NCBI GenBank assembly: GCA_007123465.1
Contig: SKLB01000228.1
Location: 1 to 39,999, forward strand
Source of the DNA: Spirochaetales bacterium
Lineage (GTDB): Bacteria; Spirochaetota; Spirochaetia; DSM-27196; PWMO01
Length of the DNA: 39,999 nt
Direction: 5' to 3'
The translations under genes and the position numbers were made by a program. Positions 35,784 through 39,999 of this stretch are shown here, in pieces; position 1 is the first letter of the stretch; each line of letters begins with the position of its first letter. The notes below the pieces were generated by a model, which was not told where the DNA came from, made no database searches, and saw only the letters and a list, made by a program, of their open reading frames with translations.

Positions 35784-37355
35784 ATGATCAAAATCATGCA
35801 CGCACGCAACGGACAGCTCGCGGCTCAGGCCGACGGCAGGGCGCTGTATTCACGCTACGATCCGGCTGCCGAGGCGATGCGCTTTGTCAGGCGCGAACTC
35901 GCCGCAGCGCAACAGTGCACCACTGTCGTGATTCTCGGTGAAGGGCTGGGGTACCTCACGGCGGCGCTGCGCACTCTGCAGCCTGCTGCACGAATCGTTG
36001 CGGTCCATCTGAACGCAGCGCTTTTCGCCAGGCGAATCTGCGATGCCGATCAGCAGTGGTGCGTCGCAGAACCAGGACGGATCACCTTCGAGCAATTCCT
36101 CGAACAACAGATCGCCGATGAAGAGATCGACGGGCTGGTGTTGCTGACGTGGGAACCGTGCACGCGCGCATTTGCAGCTCAGGCGGAACCGATCGCGGCG
36201 GCAGTGCGCAACTTCCTCGATCAGCGCTCCGCCACTCTGGCCACCGAGCGCTATTACGGCGCACGCTGGATCAGTAACAGTGTTGTGAACGCAATTGAGC
36301 TGCAGCCGTTACCGCGTATCAAGGGCAGAAACGCTCCGGTGGCGATCGCGGCCGGCGGTCCTTCCCTGCCGGAGTCGTTGGAGCTGCTCAAGCAGCGAGA
36401 CCGCGGGGTATCACTCTGGGCGCTGCCCTCGGCGCTTCCCATTCTGTTGCACGCCGGATGCCCTCCCGATCTGGTTGTTACCACCGACGCCGGTTTCTAC
36501 GCCACACACCACCTGCGCCAGCTGCGCACCTGGCCAAACATACCTCTGGCCGCTCCGCTGTCGGCCGCGTTGATATTGCAGGTGCGCCGCCGCCCGACGC
36601 TGATTCTCAACCAGGGAAGCTGGTTTGAGCACGACCTGCTCTCCGATTGCGGTCTGCCGTGGGTTGCAGTCCCGGCGCACGGAACGGTAGCCGGTTCAGC
36701 CTGGTACCTGGCCGCCGCACTTGGGGCAACCGAAGTAGTGTTTGCAGGGTTAGACCTCTGCATTCGCGACATCCGGTCCCATCCGCGCGGCCATGCCTTC
36801 GAGCCACTGCTGTATAGCGGGGAGCAGCGGCTGCGTCCCTTGCACCATGTCCTGTTTGAGCGCAACGTTACAGCGAGCGAACGCATCGCAGCAGCATCGA
36901 TCGAGCGGACTTCGCGTGCGCTGCGCACGTACGCTGCCTGGTTTCGCGGCCACGCTGCCGCGATGCCAATTCCCGCTTCGCGCCTGGCTCCTTCACCGGT
37001 TGACACCGCTCTGGCGCCGTGTCACCGTCTGCCGCGCTGCGCCGATGCCGGGTACGCAGGCCCGGGGACACCGGCCGGTACCGTCGACCGCCGCCATGCG
37101 CTGCACCAACGTCTCTGCACCTGGCAGCTTCAGACAGAAGAGCTGAACTCTGCGTTCTGCACCGCTGGCACACAGCGAGATCAACAGCAGCAGCGCCTGC
37201 TGGCCATGGCGCGCACCGTTGACACCGCCGGATATCTCCAGGCGCTGCGAGCGCTGCGCAACAACGATCAGCCCGACAAGCGTGTGCAACGGTTGCAGCG
37301 GCGTCTGCAGCAGTTCTTTGACCACTTGCGGCGACGGGTGGAGCAGGCCGCGTGA
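35784..37355 (+). CDS. DUF115 / Maf (motility-associated factor, MptE-like) family protein, paralogue 1
   Basis: N-terminus ALYSRYDPAAEAMRFV, core PVAIAAGGPSLPESLELLK...PDLVVTTDAGFY...HGTVAGSA...GATEVVFAGLDL is typical of Maf-type putative flagellin glycosyltransferases. Confidence 0.7.
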   Translation: MIKIMHARNGQLAAQADGRALYSRYDPAAEAMRFVRRELAAAQQCTTVVILGEGLGYLTAALRTLQPAARIVAVHLNAALFARRICDADQQWCVAEPGRITFEQFLEQQIADEEIDGLVLLTWEPCTRAFAAQAEPIAAAVRNFLDQRSATLATERYYGARWISNSVVNAIELQPLPRIKGRNAPVAIAAGGPSLPESLELLKQRDRGVSLWALPSALPILLHAGCPPDLVVTTDAGFYATHHLRQLRTWPNIPLAAPLSAALILQVRRRPTLILNQGSWFEHDLLSDCGLPWVAVPAHGTVAGSAWYLAAALGATEVVFAGLDLCIRDIRSHPRGHAFEPLLYSGEQRLRPLHHVLFERNVTASERIAAASIERTSRALRTYAAWFRGHAAAMPIPASRLAPSPVDTALAPCHRLPRCADAGYAGPGTPAGTVDRRHALHQRLCTWQLQTEELNSAFCTAGTQRDQQQQRLLAMARTVDTAGYLQALRALRNNDQPDKRVQRLQRRLQQFFDHLRRRVEQAA

Positions 37356-39010
37356 ACATCCTGCAGAAGAATCTTGCCACGTTGTCCCTGCGGCATGCGG
37401 CGCTCTCAAAACGGCTGACAGAGCTGCGCCCGAGTTCCCGGGTGCGCTTCAGCGCCAGCCGTGCCGGACCGCTCTACGCGGTTATTGGAGACGAACGAGA
37501 GACCGCGCTGCACTCGCGCTTCGATCCACGCCGCGAGGCCTCACGGCTGGTAGCCGGCAGCCGCAGCTCGGGCTTCTGCCTCGTCCTGGGCCTGGGCCTG
37601 GGGTATCATGTCCGTGAACTACTGTGCCAGCCTCACCTCCAGCGTGCGCTGATTATTGAGTATGACGGCGCGCTGCTGCGCGCCATTCTCGAGCGGCAGG
37701 ATCTGAGTGATGTGTGGCAGGACAGTCGGGTTCAGCTCTATGTCGATCAAGCGCCACACGCCGTTGCCTCCGCTATTGCGCAGCACTACGTTCCGGTTCT
37801 TCACGGCAATCTTTCAACCCTGCTGTTGCGCGGCAGGTTTGACTGTGACCGAGCGCTGTTCAGCGATGCAGGGACAGCTGCTTCCGAGGCCGCCGAAGCT
37901 GCCGGTGCTGACCTCAGCGTGCAGCGCGTCTTTGGCCGCCAGTGGATGCGCAACATCATCACCAACAGCCTTGCCTGCCCGGTACAACCCGGCTTGCCGC
38001 GTTGCCGCAGCGCGATTGTCAGCGCAGCCGGACCGTCGCTGGACAACAAAATCGACGCCATAGCACGACGCAAAGCGGACCAGTTGCTGATTGCCACCGA
38101 TACATCGCTGCCGCGACTGCTGGGCGCCGGCATCCGGCCGGATCTGGTGCTTGCTATCGACTGCCAGCTGGCATCGTATCTGCACGTGCTGGCTACCGCC
38201 AAACAGCAGCTGACACTGGTAGCTGACGCCGGGGTCCATCCGGCGCTTACGCGCCGTTTTTCGGCCGTACATCTGATCGGCGGAGGCCATCCGCTGCTCG
38301 CTTATCTACGCACCGAGGGCGTCCCGATAACCTGGCTTGATACCTCCGACGGCAGCGTAACTCACGCCGCGGTTCGTCTGGCGGTCCAGCTCGGAGCCAA
38401 ACAGATCGAGGTCCACGGCGCCGATTTCTGCTATCCGCGCGGCAGCGCGTACGCCCGCGGCAGCTACATTCATAGTCACATGATCGGCCGTGCCCGGCGC
38501 ACAGTGCCATACGCCAGCGGTCTGTACCGCTTTGTGCTCGAGCGCCCCGAACTTGAACTCGACCAGATAGACGGCCACTGGGCCTACACCACAAAGGTGA
38601 TGCGTCACTACCACCAACGTTTTACAAATCTGCAAGCGGAACTAGGGGCGCGCATCGTACGCCCAATCGGCGGTGCGCGAATCGACAGCGGCACCGTGCA
38701 GTCCGGCGTGCAGGATCACCGCTGCAGCGAGCACGGCGCACCCGCGCCGCTGAACACTGCCGGCGACACTGCTGCAGGTAACGCTCACTCCGTGCTTGGC
38801 GCCTATCGCCGGGCGCTGGCACAGATCCCCACTGTACACGATCCGCTGTGGTTCTACTTTGATCAGAGCACGGCCGCCGAGCGGCGCCTGTGGCAGACGC
38901 TGTTTCCTCTGGCGGCGTTCTTCTCGGCTCAGTCAAGGCCCGTTGGAACCGCGGCGCTACTCGAACACACCCGCGATAGCGCACTGCAACTGCTCAAGCA
39001 GCTGGTATAG
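37352..39010 (+). CDS. DUF115 / Maf family protein, paralogue 2
   Basis: LHSRFDPRREASRLV, SAIVSAAGPSLDNKIDAI...LLIATDTSLPRLLGAGIRPDLVLAIDCQ...GSVTHAAVRLAVQLGAKQIEVHGADF. The GTG start overlaps the upstream stop (GTGA). Confidence 0.7.
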   Translation: MNILQKNLATLSLRHAALSKRLTELRPSSRVRFSASRAGPLYAVIGDERETALHSRFDPRREASRLVAGSRSSGFCLVLGLGLGYHVRELLCQPHLQRALIIEYDGALLRAILERQDLSDVWQDSRVQLYVDQAPHAVASAIAQHYVPVLHGNLSTLLLRGRFDCDRALFSDAGTAASEAAEAAGADLSVQRVFGRQWMRNIITNSLACPVQPGLPRCRSAIVSAAGPSLDNKIDAIARRKADQLLIATDTSLPRLLGAGIRPDLVLAIDCQLASYLHVLATAKQQLTLVADAGVHPALTRRFSAVHLIGGGHPLLAYLRTEGVPITWLDTSDGSVTHAAVRLAVQLGAKQIEVHGADFCYPRGSAYARGSYIHSHMIGRARRTVPYASGLYRFVLERPELELDQIDGHWAYTTKVMRHYHQRFTNLQAELGARIVRPIGGARIDSGTVQSGVQDHRCSEHGAPAPLNTAGDTAAGNAHSVLGAYRRALAQIPTVHDPLWFYFDQSTAAERRLWQTLFPLAAFFSAQSRPVGTAALLEHTRDSALQLLKQLV

Positions 39011-39011
39011 A

Positions 39012-39836
39012 TCAGACCCAGAAACCGACGGCAGCGTAACCGACAAAGTTTGCATCACCGGACCGATCAAAGCTATTGGCATACCCCAACTCACGCCCGC
39101 GCTCTGCTCCCTGCGTCCTCGCGAAGGCAACTGCGGCGGCTGCGGCTCCAGGCGAGCAGGCCGACTGGTTACGCGCTGCATGTTCAAGCAGCGCCTCGGG
39201 GTCGGCCGCCACACTGCAGTCCAGAAAACCGCGGTCATTGACCGTCTCGGCCCATCGTCGGTTGCTCTCACGCGAACCCGGGCGCGTCAGAGCGAAACGC
39301 GGACCGTAGTGCGTCAAATCTGTTGACCCGACAACGGTCAGCTTGTGCTGCTCGGCCTCACGCGCCAGTAGCTGCCCCAGCGCTATCGCGCTGCGGTCAG
39401 CCGGAGCACGCAGCCAGACCACGCGTGCCCGGGGGAAGAGGTGGGCTATCAGCGGAAGATGAATTTCAACCGAGTTCTCGCGGCTGTTGTCGGCGCTAGT
39501 GGACAATTCGCCCCGGACCTTGTGCACTAGCTCGGTGTCGGACTCAACAACACCCAGCGGTGTCTCAAACCCCTGCTCAACAGCCACCAGAATCGGCTGT
39601 CCGGGGGCCAGGTGCCCACCGATCACCACAACGGTCCGTGCGTCCGGATCAAGCGCCCTCACACCGCGGTACGCAAGCTCACCCGAGAAGGCCCAACCGG
39701 CATGCGGCACAATTGCGGCACACGCGCCGCTGTCGTCGCTGATCTGATTGTGCCATTGCCGGCAAACCTCGCGCACCGCACCCGCGTCCGCAGGATACCA
39801 GCCGGCAGGCAGACCCCGCTGTCGGATAGTTGCCAT
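39012..39836 (-). CDS. Memo-family protein (AmmeMemoRadiSam system protein B-like)
   Basis: RQRGLPAGWYPAD and AIVPHAGWAFSG are the Memo N-terminal motifs, followed by VVVIGGHLAP and GSTDLTHYG. The start is taken at ATG 39836 rather than the ORF-track 39944. Confidence 0.7.
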   Translation of the reverse strand: MATIRQRGLPAGWYPADAGAVREVCRQWHNQISDDSGACAAIVPHAGWAFSGELAYRGVRALDPDARTVVVIGGHLAPGQPILVAVEQGFETPLGVVESDTELVHKVRGELSTSADNSRENSVEIHLPLIAHLFPRARVVWLRAPADRSAIALGQLLAREAEQHKLTVVGSTDLTHYGPRFALTRPGSRESNRRWAETVNDRGFLDCSVAADPEALLEHAARNQSACSPGAAAAAVAFARTQGAERGRELGYANSFDRSGDANFVGYAAVGFWV

Positions 39837-39883
39837 GACTTCATGATACACCGTATTCCGGTGTGGAGAAAAGTGTGGGAAGT

Positions 39884-39908
39884 GGTGCCGAAAATGTTGT
39901 TCGGCACC
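39884..39908. other. Perfect 9-bp inverted repeat upstream of the Memo-like gene (operator, or terminator of a gene beyond the window)
   Basis: GGTGCCGAA (39884-39892), a 7-nt loop, then TTCGGCACC (39900-39908). Confidence 0.3.
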
Positions 39909-39999
39909 AGCAGCGCCGGATCTCATCCCTGCGGTCCGCGCCACCGCTCTGCGTGACCCTCTGTCACCTCGTCAGCCCGCAGGAACCGTCTACGCCACC

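Noticed and set aside
1-39999. CRISPR arrays, tRNA/rRNA genes, IS elements, integrases and prophage genes
   Set aside because: No intergenic gap exceeds about 160 bp. I saw no spaced direct-repeat array and no transposase, integrase or phage-like ORF. The only repeats are the 12-mer pair at 7662-7692, a few hairpins, and low-complexity E/R and D/E coding repeats.

Overview
High-GC (by eye about 60-65% G+C), very gene-dense chromosomal segment with about 35 protein-coding genes. The largest non-coding gaps are only about 80-160 bp. I found no rRNA, tRNA, CRISPR array, transposase or integrase. Most genes are recognisable housekeeping functions. These are DNA repair (mutL, recJ, recO), proteostasis and redox (lon, trxB), translation (rpsU), nucleotide salvage (thymidine/pyrimidine-nucleoside phosphorylase), an RNase D-like exonuclease, envelope enzymes (M23 peptidase, VanY/M15 lipoprotein, FtsB/DivIC-like protein), a U32 peptidase and transporters (5'-truncated CstA, MFS, DUF21/CNNM). 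Paired DUF115/Maf genes and several membrane-anchored TPR proteins suggest a Spirochaetota-like organism, but that is inference only. Four regions are not explained by standard annotation. (1) 32.9-39.0 kb is a four-gene operon preceded by an exact sigma-28 -10 box (GCCGATAA). It encodes a 559-aa polyacidic, probably disordered protein. Next comes a GAF-like gene whose frame is broken at an A10 tract that forms a dnaX-type A_AAA_AAG -1 slippery site. Two Maf paralogues follow. (2) rpsU is followed by a 447-aa protein that reads like SelB without its GTPase domain, translationally coupled to a lipoprotein. (3) An operon encodes a TM-TPR protein with a degenerate Mrr-type nuclease fold, a metallophosphoesterase and a ParB-like protein, next to two more TPR proteins with E/R-rich helices. 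(4) A cluster of cstA, a small ORF, an ArsA-like ATPase and a TM protein contains a perfect 12-bp C(UUCG)G hairpin. All functional calls rest on motifs read by eye, and no database search was possible.
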